This document shows positions 13,559 through 27,320 of a DNA stretch of 64,000 bases, in pieces; the first letter of the stretch is position 1, and each line of letters opens with the position of its first letter. The notes below the pieces were generated by a model. It had not been told where the DNA came from. It did no database searches and worked only from the letters and a program-made list of their open reading frames with translations. The stretch spans positions 105,585,024 through 105,649,023 of the forward strand of contig NC_057718.1 of assembly GCF_004010195.1 (NCBI RefSeq). Direction: 5' to 3'. Made by a program: the position numbers and the translations under genes. Source of the stretch: Chiloscyllium plagiosum (Eukaryota).

Positions 13559-14184
13559 TATGTGCAAGTGTGGTGCATTCATTGAATAATCATTGATGTA
13601 CATATGAAAGGACACAGATGGATTGTGGAGTTAGGAGCTATACATTTGCAATTTTTCACTTTGTTAAATAGTTTGACTTGACGGTTAGTCTTCTCCTTCA
13701 GCAAATAGCTCTGAAAAATGTATCTGCTAGTTCTTTCTTGTAGGTAACTAACATGTGATATGTTGAATTTTTGTGTTGTAAAATTCAACAATGCTGCCCT
13801 TGTACAGCACTAACCCACATCCAAGAAAAGCCGAATGATTGCACTTCACCTTGTCACTTGTCCCAAGCCCTCAGCATCATCATTCTCCAGAACTGTATTG
13901 CCATCCCTGTTACTATTCCCAAGAACATCTCTACCAGTCCCAGTAAAATCCTAGTAACTCCTTCCCATGTGCTCAAACAATCCAGGACAGTTTTCCCTGT
14001 GCTGCCAAATCCCAACCTATCCACCTAGAGTTCTTTAAAACTACCAAATTTGTCTCACTCTGCAGCTTCAGCTGCTCAGTCCAAAACAATTCGCCCAACA
14101 GCATCGAATTCACGATTGGAGACAATAACAGAGAGTGGTGAACTCGGCCCAGACAATCACAAAGTCCAACCTCCCATCTACAGA

Positions 14185-14403
14185 GGAGAAAGTGAGGTCT
14201 GCAGATGCTGGAGATCAGAGCTGAAAATGTGTTGCTGGAAAAGCGCAGCAGGTCAGGCAGCATCCAGGGAACAGGAGAATCGACGTTTCGGGCATAAGCC
14301 CTTCTTCAGGAATCCTGAAGAAGGGCTTATGCCCGAAACGTCGATTCTCCTGTTCCCTGGATGCTGCCTGACCTGCTGCGCTTTTCCAGCAACACATTTT
14401 CAG
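14185..14403. mobile_element. Palindromic mini-Penelope insert, 14-bp TSD ctcccatctacaga
   Basis: Perfect 94-bp arms 14218-14311 and 14313-14406 plus a 33-nt unpaired tail. TSD at 14171-14184 and 14404-14417. Confidence 0.92.
14310..14347 (+). ncRNA. Type I minimal hammerhead ribozyme motif (mirror copy on - strand 14277-14314)
   Basis: gaatc CTGAAGA a gggc-ttat-gccc GAAA CGTC gattc. Confidence 0.88.
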
Positions 14404-15299
14404 CTCCCATCTACAGAATCCATTTACCGCTGTCAAGGAAAGGCTGCCAGCATTCTCAAAGATCCATCCCACCCTGGCAATGCTTTTATACAACTTCTAC
14501 CATCGAGGAGAAGGTACAGAAGCCTGAACACATGCACCAGCCGGTTTTGTAACAGTTTCTACCCTACTGTTGTTAGAATACTGAATGGACTCTCAAACTC
14601 TTAACATTTGCCTGTACCTGTGTTTTTGCTTTTGCTGTTGTTTGCCTTTTATTTACTTATCTATGCTACTTAACTCTGTGATCTGCCTGTATTGTTTGCA
14701 AGACAAAGCTTTTCACTGTGCCTCGGTACACTTGACAATAAATTCAATTCAATTCACAGACTCCAAAACTGTTATGGAGTGCACCTTGAACATGGTACAC
14801 ACTTCAGGTACTGCATATCTGTATATTCACAGTCAGAACTTTTGAAGTAGCAGGTGGGTACATTACAATGCGATTTGAGAGATTTAAGCAAGTCGTCGTT
14901 GCATTTAAATAAAGATCTTTAAAGTAAAAACACAATATAATAACAGAAGGAAGGCATTTAGCACCCTTGTCCCTAGAATGGCTCTGCTGTTCAAGCCTAA
15001 TTTAGCTTAAACTATGTAGTTGGCTTTAAAGTGAAACCTGCAGTTTAAAATTTTGCTGTTGTGAGCTTTGAGCAAGTTTATGTTCAAGAGGTGCACTGAA
15101 AGAGCAGCCTAATTTAAGTGGCTGAAACTAGATCCTCAAGAATAGACTAAGACAAGCCCTTTGCATTGGAGGCATATGTAAGTAGCCAACTTAATGAGAC
15201 TTGTACCTAAGAGTGTGACTTACATGAGTGTCAGAGTTGAGCATCTCAAGTAGTTCAATGGAGGAAGCTGCGACAATACTATGGCATTAATAGGGGCAT

Positions 15300-15870
15300 T
15301 TTGTCTTGGCTTTTTTTAAATGAACAGAGGTGCTGAGTGGATTGTTCCAAGCCAACAAAGTAAACAGCTTGTGGGGCCTTGGGTTTATTTTTAAAGTTGG
15401 AACAATAGAAGCAGCTTGAATGGATGGAATCAGGTTCCCATAGAACCAGGGTTTTAGTTTAGCCTTCAGCAGTTGGTGGAGCTGTGAAGCCAGTTATGGA
15501 AGATACCATATCTTTCTCTCTGTTATAGAGAAGAGTTGGGTTCTCTTTCTTCTGCTAGAATCACGTGAGACAATCTGTTTTACTGAATTTGCCTTTGCCA
15601 AGGGCATATTCATGGGATGTTACTTTATTGGAACAGTTGCCATTTAGTATTATTGTGTTAAGCTTTCCAATAAGGTTACATCAATTCTGCTGTCTTTTAC
15701 TTACATTATAACGACAGGATAAGAATAAAGTGTGTTTTACTTAAAAGGAGAGCAGTATAACCAATAAAATAACATCTGGGACACAGCACCTTATGCTTGC
15801 CTTGAATTGAGATAAAAATTAAGGTATGGGCTAGGATATATTTGAGGAGGATTTGGTCTGGTCCATAACA
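15300..15870 (+). mobile_element. Possible solo LTR
   Basis: aataaag near 15724 and ends ...ccataaca. Confidence 0.3.
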
Positions 15871-16209
15871 AAATAGAGGGATGTTTGGCTGCTCTTTCAT
15901 AAACGAAGCAGCTGATTGGTAAGTTCTTCGATTAGGTAGTTCAAACCTGATATGTGATCACGGATAGGAGGGTGTGATTAAGGGAGGCAGACATGGAGTC
16001 CAAAGGGCAGCTATCAGAAACCTTTGTCCCTGCAACTGTCCAACAATACAAATTTCTGGCAAACTATGTCTGTGAGAGCAGGGGTTGCAGCAAATTAGCT
16101 GACCATGACACAGTGGCCCACGGGCCATTCAAGAAAGGGGAGGAACTAGGAATGTAGTAGTGCTAGAAAATGGTATAATCAGGGAGATAGATACTATTCT
16201 CTGCAACTA

Positions 16210-16355
16210 GGAGAAAGTGAAGACTGCAGATGCTGGAGATCAGAGTCGAGAGTGTGGTGCTGGAAAAGCACAGCAGATCAGGCAGGAAAATCGATGTTTT
16301 GGGCAAAAGCCCTTCATCATGAATGCCCTTTTCCAGCACTACACTCTCGACAGTG
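16210..16355. mobile_element. Mini-Penelope insert (degenerate hairpin), TSD ttctctgcaac
   Basis: Starts ggagaaagtga; short inverted arm cttttccagcactacactctcgac. TSD at 16197-16207 and 16356-16366. Confidence 0.8.
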
Positions 16356-16696
16356 TTCTCTGCAACCATGAGTGAGAGATCTGAAGGCTGTGTTGCCTGC
16401 CTGGGGCTGTGGTGGGGGGGAGGGATGCTACCAGTTGTTGTCACCCATGTTGATACGACATTGATAAGAACGGAAAAGAGCTTGCTGAAAGACTTTGAAC
16501 ACGCAGAAGCTAAACAGAAAAGCAGACCCCTCCAAGGATTAGAAGAACTCAAACAAAGAATTAGGAGGGTTAAAAAGGGACCATGAAATTTCTTCGGCAA
16601 CAGGATTAAGGAAAATCCTAAAGTGTTTTATACACATATAAGGAGCAAGAAGATAACTAGAGAAAGAGTCACTCCATTCATGGACACAGAAGGGAA

Positions 16697-16840
16697 TTTT
16701 TTTTTAGATTAGATTCCTTTACAGTGTGGAAACAGGTCCTTCGGCCCAACAAGTCCACACCGACCCGCCGAAGCACAACCCACCCATATCCCTACATTTA
16801 CCCCTTACCTAACACTACGGATAATTTAGCATGGCCAATT
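16697..16840 (-). mobile_element. HE1-type SINE, 3' half
   Basis: Reverse complement matches the 3' half of the SINE at 29030. Confidence 0.8.
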
Positions 16841-17687
16841 CCCCATACCATGTGAATTTATGTGTACATTTGGAGGAAGTGGGTGAGGTTCTTAAGGAAT
16901 ACATTGCAACAGTATTCACAAAGGAAAAGGATGGGGTGAATGAGTCCAAAAGTAGAGGGCATAGGGTCAGGGTGAGAGGGGAATGATATAAAAGGGACCT
17001 AAGGGGCAACCTTTGCATGCAGAGGGTGGTGCATGCATGGAATGAGCTGCCATGGGAAGTGGTGGAAGCTGATACAATTACAGCATTTAAAAAGCATCTA
17101 GGTGGATATATGAAAGGGTCTGTTTCCGTGCTGTATATCTCTATGACATGGTGGATGGCGAGTCTTGGGAGGGGGTATAGTGATATTCTAGGGCATGCCA
17201 CCATAAAAATGGTGATGGTGTTGGGTATTTTGGAAAGCATTAAAGAAGACAAGTTCTGGGATCTATCCCAAAATGCTAAGGGAGGCAGGTTAAATAATTG
17301 CTGAGGCCTTGTACTAAATCTTTGTATCCTCTTTCATCACAGAAGAGGTCCCAGAGAACTGGAGAATTGCCAACATTGTTCCTTTGTTTGAGAAGGGTAA
17401 CAGGACAAATCCAGAAAATTATAGGTCAGTGGGCCTTACATCAGTGTTAGGGAAATTAATGGAGAATATTCTTAGGGATTGGATTTACTCACATTTAGAA
17501 AACTATGCATGTATTAGCGATTGGCAGCATGTCATTGTGTGGGGAAGGTGGTGTCTTACAAATTTGATTGAGTTTTCTGAAAAAGTGACAAAGACGATTG
17601 ATGAAGGCAGGGCAGTTAATGTTGTCCATACGGACTTTAGCAAGATGTTTGACAAGGTCCCTCATGTCAGGCTGATACAAATGTTGA

Positions 17688-17912
17688 CAGTGTGGTGCTG
17701 GAAAAGCACAGCAGGTCAGGCAGCATCCAAGGAGCAGGAGAATCAACGTTTCAGGCATAAGCCCTTTGTCAGGAATGAAATTCATTCCTGATGAAAGGCT
17801 TATGCCCGAAACATCGATTCTCCTGCTCCTCGGATGCTGTCTGACCTGCTTCGCTTTTCCAGCACCACACTGTCAACTCGGATCTCCAGCACCTGCAATC
17901 TTCACTTTCTCC
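17688..17912. mobile_element. Palindromic mini-Penelope insert in a CR1 RT, 15-bp TSD tgatacaaa(t/a)gttga
   Basis: Imperfect ~95-bp arms centred near 17780 with decayed hammerhead cores. TSD at 17673-17687 and 17913-17927. Confidence 0.88.
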
Positions 17913-20759
17913 TGATACAAAAGTTGAAGTTACATGGGTTTTGTGGTGAGCTGTGGTAAGATGGATGCAGAACTGCCTTGGTCATAGATGACAGAGTAAT
18001 AGTGGAAGGGTGTTTTTGTGACTGGATATATGTGACCAGTGGTGTTCTGTAGGGATCAATGCTGGGGCCCTGTTGTTTTATTAATATATTTAAATATTTG
18101 GAGGAGAATGTAGGTAGCCTGATTAGTAAGTTTGCAGACAACACAAAGACTGGGGACATTGTGGATAGTGAGGACTACCAGAAGGTAGAACAAGATGTAA
18201 ATAAACTTGAAAATTAGGTGGAAAAATGGCAGATGGAGTTTAATATAGACAAATGCAAGGTGATGGATTTTGGGAGATCTAACGCAGGAGGGAAGTATAC
18301 AGTAAATGGCAGAATCCTAAGTAGCATCAATATACAGAGGCATGCAGATATTCAGGTCCACAGTTCCATGAAAATTGCAACACAAGTGGATAAGCTGGTC
18401 AAGAAGGCATATGGTATGCTTGTCTTCATTGGTCTAGGCATAGAGTATAAAAATTGGCAAGTCATGTTGCAGCTGGATAGAACTTTAGCTAGGCCTCTTT
18501 GGAATACAGTGTACAGTTCTTGTTGCCACATGACAAGTGTGGAGGCTTTGGAGAGGATACAGAAGCACTATGCGCCAGGATGTTGCTGGGTTTCGACAAT
18601 ATTAGCTATGAAGAGAGATTGGATAAACTTGATTTGCTTCCAATTGAACTTTGAAGCTAAGGGGCGACCTGATTGATGCTTATAAAATAATGAAAGGGAT
18701 GGATAGAATGGATAATCAGTCTTTTTTCCCAGCATAGAAATGTCAACTCCTGGGGGACATAGGTTTAAGGTAAAAGGGGGTACATTTAAAGGGACATATG
18801 AGAGGCAGGTTGTTTATTTTTAAACACAGAGGGTGGTAAGTGCCTGGAAATGTGCTGCCAGCAGTGGAGGAGGCAGGTACAATAGCAACGTTTAAGAGGT
18901 ATCTTGACAGAAACATGAATAGAGGGATATGGACTGTGTAAAGGCAAAAGACTTTTAGTTTAAAAAGGCACCATGAATCTGTATAGTTATGGTGAGCTTA
19001 ATGGCCTGTTCTCCTGCTGTATTGTTCTGTGATTACTTTCACATTATACCCAAGCCGAGAGCAAACTGGCTTAGGGTAAATAAATTCAAAGAGTTAAATG
19101 CACAGCTTGGAAACTGGTGTAGGTAGAATGGATTTCAGTTCATGAGGCATTGACAGCAGTACTGGTGGAGAAAGGAGTTGCCCTAGTGGGTTGGCCTTTA
19201 CTTGAACTCTGCTGGGACAGTGCCCTGGCAAATCAAATAACTAAGGTTGTAGAGAGGGCTTTAATCTAATGTGGGGGAGGGTTCTGGAGAGGCAATTTGT
19301 GGTGGCTTTGCAGGGCTGCAATTTTGATATCCAAAGTATGATTAGAAGGGACAGAGTGTACAAGCATAAAAAAGCAACATATAGGTCAAAGTGTGAATAA
19401 AATGGTAAAAAGGCAAAAGGGCAAAAAGGCTCTGTACCTAAATGAATGTACAATCTGGAACAAAATAAATAAATTAACAGCAGAATACAGGTTGATGGCT
19501 ATGTTCTTACTGCCATTACGGAGATATGATTACAAAGAGATTAAAGCTGTGAACTAAATTCATATTTCATCTGCTAGTTAGCCATTCCTCAATCAAAACA
19601 AATAGATTACCCCAATACTATGAACTCTTTTCTTGTACATTAAACTTTTTATGTGGCACATTATTAAATGCCTTTTGGAAATCCAAATGTATTATATTTA
19701 CTGGTTCACCTTTATCAATCCTGCTTGTTAATATCCAAAAACTCTAATAAATTTGATGAATATGAAAAAAAACTTTAAAAATAGATGTTAATAAATATGG
19801 ACAGCTTTTCTAAGTTTATTGCAAGTGCTGAAATTATCACCAGCCAATTACATAATTGTTGGGTTTTATATATTCAAACAATTTCCATGCCTTTTAGGTC
19901 AGTTGATCCAATCAGATAAAGTTCCAATAAACCTTCTATAACATTACTGCTGCAGGCAGTGAGAATACAATACTAAGTTAGCCCCCCGTAACCTTCTGCA
20001 AAAGCGCTCTGGAAAAACTTGCAATGATTCCTGTATAAATCACAATGCCGCTTCAGGACTACCAAATAGCTGCATTATCCTTGTGAGAGACACAATATCA
20101 ACCATGGTATAATTCTGAGAGCCCATAGTTTGTTTTGAATTTCTTTACAAATTAAACTATCCACATTGCACAAACTAACAGGCTCTCTGAGTCAATTAAA
20201 GGCTGTCACCTGAGCTCCTAAGATTAAGTGACATCTACATATCTCTGAGTTTGCTTTTTTAGTTTGCAATGCTACCTGAATCCCTTGATTGTTACTCAAT
20301 TCCACGTATTTACTGTACATGTATAATACTATGAATGACACCAAGAATTCTACTCTACAGAAAATTTCACTCTACAGATATCGAGGTCTTCACTTCAATG
20401 AAGATATAGCACGAATGGTTTTCCACATCACAGGATAAAATTTATACAAAACTCCTTCTAATTCAGAGGGTTTTATAAGTGGTTTACAGAAAAAAGATGG
20501 TGTTATATATTCATAACACCCATCAGAATTGTATATTAAATAAAGAGGTTATGTTGTATTGATGACCATTATAACAACATACCAATCAAGTGTATGTACT
20601 TAATTTTGCTGTTAAAACTAGTTTGAAGTAAGGATAGTCTACATACAATTTGAAGAATCCCAAATACAAAACAATATAAAACAACAAAATAACAGGTCTA
20701 TTAAAATGATATTTCAAATCTCCCCCAATGTTTGAATGGATATATGTGCTGCATGGCAG

Positions 20760-20950
20760 TCAAACAGATCAGGAAATCTCAGGTTTCATTGCTCATCTAT
20801 AATTGAATTAACTGATCATAGTTCAGACAGCAGTAAGGGCACCACATAAGGTCAAGGAGGGGAAAACATAGCCTCGGGCTCACATTCCTGATCACTGTGC
20901 ATTAATCATGGCCTCAATGTTAGGTAACAGCAGGATCACTTTTAACTACA
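20760..20950 (+). mobile_element. Ancient tRNA-SINE-like relic (related relic near 55985-56200)
   Basis: Degenerate similarity between the two segments (caggaaa...ggtt..., cctcag/cctcgg...cctgatca). Confidence 0.3.
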
Positions 20951-21709
20951 GTATTGTCCTTACATTGGTTGAATACCTTTCTGAAAGTCAAAACTATAAA
21001 GTTAGAGATAAACAGGTGAGGGACTGGAAAGTTGCTATACACAAGAAATATTCACTAGCATTGAATAATACAATGTAAGGTTGCCAGTTGGTCCATTGTG
21101 TTTGTGCTGGCATGTGTAATCAAGTTTGGAAAAGTGACAAAACTGGAGGAAAAAACTTGAAAATGGCAGTGGATGGATGGACGGACAGAAAGAGGATTTA
21201 CCTTGTTCGATATCAAAATACATTTATTTCGCATTTGCAGGTTGAAAATGTGGCAGTGTAGCTCATAAGCAGCTATGAACTACATTGCTCAGAATGACTG
21301 AAACTATTCCTTTAATGAAAGCTCTTAAACGTAGACTTGATTTTTTTTCAAGAAAAAGGGTGATCACTGCTTCCGTTATTGGAAAATGAACTTTCATTCA
21401 AGATCATGGCATTTTAATGAGAGATGTGGTCAGATTTTTATGGATATTAATCTGGAATCAGATGTGTATTTTATTTTATAAAGCATGAGAAGTTCAGAGA
21501 CCATCCACTGGATAAGTATTTGATTAACACATTTGCCACGTACACAAAGGTGACCTTTACTCAGATAAAATTAATAAGGATTCTGCTCTGCTTTATAAAT
21601 GGTGCAACATTTTTTTCCCTTCTTTGAGAGTGAAGAGTAGAAATAGAAAGCCATTAAAACATCCTATAGTTGATTAACACCTGCAGATAAATGAAGAAAA
21701 GCTGGAATT

Positions 21710-22600
21710 AGACCATAAGACATAGGAGCGGAAGTAAGGCCATTCGGCCCATCGGGTCCACTCCGCCATTCAATCATGGCTGATAGGTATTTCAACTCCA
21801 CTTACCCGCATTCTCCCGTAGCCTTTAATTCCTTGTGACATCAAGAATTTATCAATTTCTGCCTTGAAGACATTTAGCGTCCCAGCCTCCGCTGCACTCT
21901 GCGGCAATGAATTCCACAGGCCCACCACTCTCTGGCTGAAGAAAAGTCTCCGCATTTCTGTTCTGAATTTACCCCCTCTAATTCTAAGGCTGTGTCCACG
22001 GGTCCTAGTCTCCTCGCCTAACGGAAACAATTTCCTAGCGTCCACCCTCTCCAAGCCATATATTATCTTGTAAGTTTCTATTAGATCTCCCCTTAATCTT
22101 CTAAACTCCAATGAAAACAATCCCAGGATCCTCAGCCGTTCCTCATATGTTAAACCTACCATTCCAGGGATCATCCGTATGAATCTCCGCTGGACACGCT
22201 CCAGTGCCAGTATGTCCTTCATGAGGTGTGGGGCCAAAAACTGTACACAGTACTCTAAATGGGGCCTAACNNNNNNNNNNNNNNNNNNNNNNNNNNNNNN
22301 NNNNNNNNNNNNNNNNNNNNNNNNNNNNNNNNNNNNNNNNNNNNNNNNNNNNNNNNNNNNNNNNNNNNNNNNNNNNNNNNNNNNTCCTCAGTACTATCTG
22401 CCTGTCCACCTAACTTCGTATCATCGGCAAACTTCGCTAGAATGCCCCCAGTCCCTTCATCCAGATCATTAATATATAATGTGAACAGCTGCAGCCCCAA
22501 CACTGAACCCTGCGGGAGACCGCTTGTCACCGGCTGCCATTCCGAAAAAGAACCTTTTATCCCAACTCTCTGCCTTCTGTCAGACAGCCAATCCTCAATC
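21710..22600 (-). mobile_element. Young CR1 LINE 3' portion (spans gap 22271-22384)
   Basis: Open frames 'GLPQGSVLGLQLFTLYINDLDE...KFADDTK' and 'LERVQRRFIRMIPG...LRGDLIETYKI...FFSQRVVGLWNSLP'; CpGs retained. Confidence 0.9.
22271..22384. other. Assembly gap (N run)
   Basis: Run of N. Confidence 1.
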
Positions 22601-24894
22601 CATATGTGTAGATCAGACAAATTATAGAGAACCAGATGGGAATCAAAAGATTTTAGATCCCAAGGAAAGGTCTTAAGAGTTGAACCACCAAGAGACACTG
22701 AATTCTCCAGAGTGTTGTCTGGCCTGCTGAGTATTCTCAAGTGAATTTTAATTCCAGTGACAAGATATCTGCATAGTGAACCTGCACTAACACAGAGTTA
22801 TGAAAAACAGAAAATAATCACTGAACTCAAATACTGCTGAGAGATTGCCAGTGAGTGAAAGAGTGTGAGAATGGAATCCAGATTTATCGTTCACCATCAG
22901 TGCTGGAATCCCTCCTTTAAACTTTGCTTGTCTACTTAAATTCATCTCACCAAGTTTTAGATTTGCAGACTAGTAAAATCTAAAAAAAACTGAAGAAAGG
23001 GCATAATTGCAACTAATAAAAAAGGAAATCAAAGCAAATGAGAACAGGCAGATGTATTATACGATAAAATAAAGAATCAAGAATGAGAGGTCTGTGTTGT
23101 AAAAACAGCTGTAAAGGGATTAAAGGATTAACTCTTGGTCAGGGCATTTTGCATGGTACAGTATTCATGGAGATAATGATAAAGCAATTCACACCCAGGT
23201 TAGGTGTAAAAAGATTTAGATGTGTTTGCATATTGAGTGCCAGTTAGTTGCCATATCAGAAATATTTTAGGGGAAAATTTCAAATCCCAAATCACAGTTA
23301 ACTGTCAATTTACATCCCAACACAAATTTTAATAGCTTCAACAATACAGTGAAATAAATGTAACAGAAGCACTGCCTCTGGACAAACCAAGTCTCTCAAG
23401 TTTTTCAGATGACTGCACAATCTCAACAGCGACAATGCCAGCAAATCAAAATATGGCCATCAGCAGTTTGGCCACTATTTTGCAAAGATTTCACAGTGCC
23501 AGCAGCCTTAGGCTACACTGCAAGGAGAAATCTTGTAATGATTCCTCAAAGTGAAAGTTAACATTAGACATTGGATTTTTATTGCCAAATGCTGAAAATG
23601 CTTAGATGATTCATCAAACTAATACAGCAAGCTGGGTTCAATTTTTAAGTGATGTTGATTCATGTTTAAGCCAAAAAAACCCTGGAGTTTCAATTTACTT
23701 CCTTGGTTACCCCACTTGGCTATTTTCTGAGAGCTGACAGGAAAAACATTAGAGCAAAGGTCTAACAGTCCTGAAGTACAGAGTGCTGATAAACTTCCTT
23801 CCAGCTATCATTAAGCATTAGCTTGCAACATTATTGAGAGCTACAGGTGGAAGCACAGCTCTGATTAACAGGTTTAATGTTGAAATCATCAACATTGCAC
23901 TGGAACCTTATTCACACTACCAAATAAACTGTAGCATCATGATTAGAAAAACGATCTCAATAACTGCCTCCCAGGAAAGAGCTCACATAATAGTCTGTAG
24001 AAAATAGACAATTGTAGACACACAGGGTGTTCAGCAGGTACCTCAAGTGGCATAGAACATTGAAAAGTATAACACAGTACAGACCCTTCGGCCCTTGTTG
24101 TGCCAGCCTTTTATCCTACTTGAGCACAGCATGTCATAAAGTACGAGAATGCGACTGCCCTGTCAATAACACCAACACACAAGACCGAATAAAATGCACT
24201 CTTACTTAGCGTTAAGTGTGAAACTTCAACTGGAGTGGTTTGTTTATCTGAAATCAGCCCATTAAAACTAAATGGAAAGAATAGGCAAAGATCATGATTA
24301 CAATGATGCTCACTATTTTTGCAAATAGGAAGCCAATTGGTTTAGGAGCATTAAAGAGCCTTCTTAAGTTGAAAGAAATAAATCGTGTAAATCTGGAAAA
24401 TACTATTAAAATGGCAGGAGCAAAACAGGTCTAAATGATAGGGAGAGCAGAGGAGTATGAAGGAAAGAATGCTGCAGAAAATTTGGTGAAATAGCCAAGC
24501 TGTATTTACAACCTTTACATCTATTTAGATACTATTACCATAAGCTATCATGTATAAAAATAATGTTTATTTGGACTATGCTTTAATATTTCATTTATAA
24601 ACCTAACAGATCATACTAGGATTTTACAGATCAATTTTTAGGTTTCAGCTGGAGTACTGTGGACAATTCTGAGTTCTACACTTTAGGAACTATGGTAAAG
24701 GGCAGGTTTATTGGGATGTTACCAGTAAGGTGAGGGCTTCACTTATGGGAAGAGACTGGAAAAGTTTGGAACACACAAAACAGAAACTGTGGAGAAACTC
24801 AGCAGGTCTGGCAGTATCTATGGAGAGGTAAACAGTTAATGCTTGGAGGGACTGGATAGCAAAGATGATTCTCAATAGGAGCGTGAGTAACAGG

Positions 24895-27320
24895 GTAGTT
24901 ATTAGCTAGGACCTTAACATCCCCAATATTGACTGGGAATACTATAGTTCAAGTAGTTTAGATGGGTCAGTTTTTGTTCAATGTTTGCAGGAGGGTTTTC
25001 TGACACAGTATGTAGATAGGCTAACAAGGAACAATGCCATATTGGATTTGGTACTGGGGAATGAACCCGGCCTGTGTTAGATTTGGAGGTAGGTGAGCAC
25101 ATTGGCGATACTGACCATAATTTGGTTATGTTTACAAAAGCAATGTGCAGGGATAGGTATATACCACAGGGAAAGAGGTATAATTGGGGGAAAGGCAATT
25201 ATGATGCGATTAGGTAAGATTTAGGATGGGGAAGGAAACTACAGGGGATGGACACTCTTGAAATGTGGAGCTTATTCAAGGAACAACTACTGCGGGTCCT
25301 TGATAAGCATATATCTATCAGGCAGGGAAGCAGTTATCGAGAGAGGGAGCCATGGTTTACAAAAGAAATTGAAGCTCTTGTCAAAAGGAAGAGGAAGGCT
25401 TATGTGAGGATGAGGCATGAAGGCACAATTAGGGGACTTGAGAGTTATAAGTTAGCCAAAAAAGATCTAAAGAGAGGGCTAAAAAGAGCCAGGACGGGAA
25501 TGATAAGTTGTTGGCGGATAGGACCAAGGAAAACCCTAAGGCCTTTTATAGGTATATTAGGAATAAAAGAATGACTAGAGTAAGATTAGGGCCAACCAAA
25601 GACAGTTGAGGAAAGTTGTGTGTGGAATCTGAGGACATAAGGGAAGCGCTTGATGAATACTTTTTGTCAGTATTCAGATCGGAAAAGGGAAACGTTAGTG
25701 AGAATACAGAGATACGGGCTATAAGATTTAGATGGGATTGAGGTTGACAAAGAAGAGGTTTTAGCAATTTTGGAAGATGTGAAAATAGATAACACCCCTG
25801 GGCTGGATGTGATTTATCTTCAGATTCTCTGGGAAGTCAGGGAGGAGATTGCAGAGCCTTTGGCTTTGATCTTTATGTCAGCATTGTTGACAGGTGTATG
25901 CCAGAAGATTGGAGGATAGTAAATGTTGTTCCCTTGTTTAAGAAGGGGAGTCGGGACACCCCTGGTAATTACAGGCCAGTGGGCCTTACTTTGGTTGTGA
26001 GTAAGGTATTAGAAAAGGTTATAAAAGATAGGACTTATAATCATCTGGAAAGGAATAATTTGATTAGGGATAGTCAACACGGTTTTGTAAAGAGTAGGTG
26101 GTGCCTCACTAACATTGAGTTCTTTGAGAAGGTAACAAATCAGGCGGATGAAGATAAGGCGGTTGATGTGGTGTACACGGACTTCAGTAAAGCATTTGAT
26201 AAGATTCCACACGGTAGGCTAATGCACAAAATCAGGAGTTTCAGGATGGAGGGTGATTTAATGGTTTGGATCAGAAATTGGCTAGCTGAAAGAAGACAGA
26301 GGGTGGTGGTTGATGGGAAATGTTCATCCTGGAGCTCAGTTACCAGTGGTGTGCCACAAGGATCTGTTTTGGGACCACTGCTGTTTGTCGTTTTTATAAA
26401 TGATCAAGATATGGGTGTAGAAGGATGGGTTAGTAAATTTGCAGATGACGCTAAGGTAGGCAGAGTTGTGGACAGTGCCGAAGGATGTTGTGGGTTAGAG
26501 GGACGTAGATAAGATGCAGAGCTGGGCTGAGAAGTGGCAAATGGAGTTTAATGCGGAAAAGTGTGAGGTAGTTCACTTTGTAAGAAATAACAGGAATGCA
26601 GAGTACTGGGCTAATGGTAAAATTCTTGGTAGTGTAGATGAACGGAGAGATCTCGGTGTCCACGTGCATAAATCCCTGAAAGTTGCCACCCAGATTAATA
26701 GGGTTGCTAAGAAGGAATATGGTGTGTTGGCATTTATTGGTAAGGGGATTTTGGAGCCACAAGGTCATGCTTCAGCTGTACAAGACACTGGTAAGGCCGC
26801 ATCTGGAGTTTTGCGTGCAGTTCTGGTCACCACATTATAGGAAGGATGTGGAAGCCTTGGAACGAGTTCAGGCAAAATTTACTAGGCTGCTGCCTGGTAT
26901 GGAAGGAAGGTTTTATGAGGAAAGGTTAAGGAAATGGAGGCTGTTGGAGAGAAGAAGGTTGAGAGGTGACTTAATTGAGACGTGTAAGATAATCAAAGGG
27001 TTAGATAAGGTGGATAGTAAGAACCTTTTTTCATTGGGTGGTGAAGGCTAACACAAGGGGACATAGCTTTTAATTGAGGAGTGATTGATTTAGAAAAGAT
27101 ATTAGGGGTAGTTACTTTACTCAGAGAGTAGTAGGGGTGTAGAATGTCCTGCCTGCCTGAGTAGTAGACTCACCAATGTCAAGAGCATTTAAACGGTCAT
27201 TGGACATACATATGGATAATAATAGAACGAGGTAGGTTAGATGGGCATCAGATTAATTTTGCAGGTCGGTGTAAAATCGAGGGCTGAAGGGCCTGTAGTG
27301 CGCTGTAACATTCTATGTAG
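24895..27320 (+). mobile_element. CR1 LINE ORF2 (end of endonuclease to 3' UTR), frameshifted
   Basis: 'PEDWRIVNVVPLFKKG...NYRPVGLT...DFSKAFDKIPH...GVPQGSVLGPLLF...KFADD' and downstream motifs. Confidence 0.92.

Larger units (their letters stand above)
14050..14755 (+). mobile_element. Rex1/Babar-like LINE 3' end, interrupted by a mini-PLE
   Basis: 'RCQGKAASILKDPSHPGNAFIQLLPSRRRYRSLNTCTSRFCNSFYP' and 3' tail aataaattcaattcaattc. Confidence 0.7.
15900..19030 (+). mobile_element. Fragmented CR1 LINE(s) with nested SINE and mini-PLE insertions
   Basis: 'FEKGNRTNPENYRSVGLTSVLGKLME...DFSKMFDKVPH' and 'WQMEFNIDKCKVMDFGR'; CR1 3' UTR near 19030. Confidence 0.8.

Noticed and set aside
14050..14604. 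Recurrent peptide 'CCWKSAAGQAAS.EQENRRFGHKPFFRN' in many ORFs
   Set aside because: Translation of the non-coding PLE terminal repeat, not a gene family.
25898..26512. 204-aa RT ORF as a functional or domesticated gene
   Set aside because: Fragment of a frameshifted CR1 ORF2 with flanking stops.
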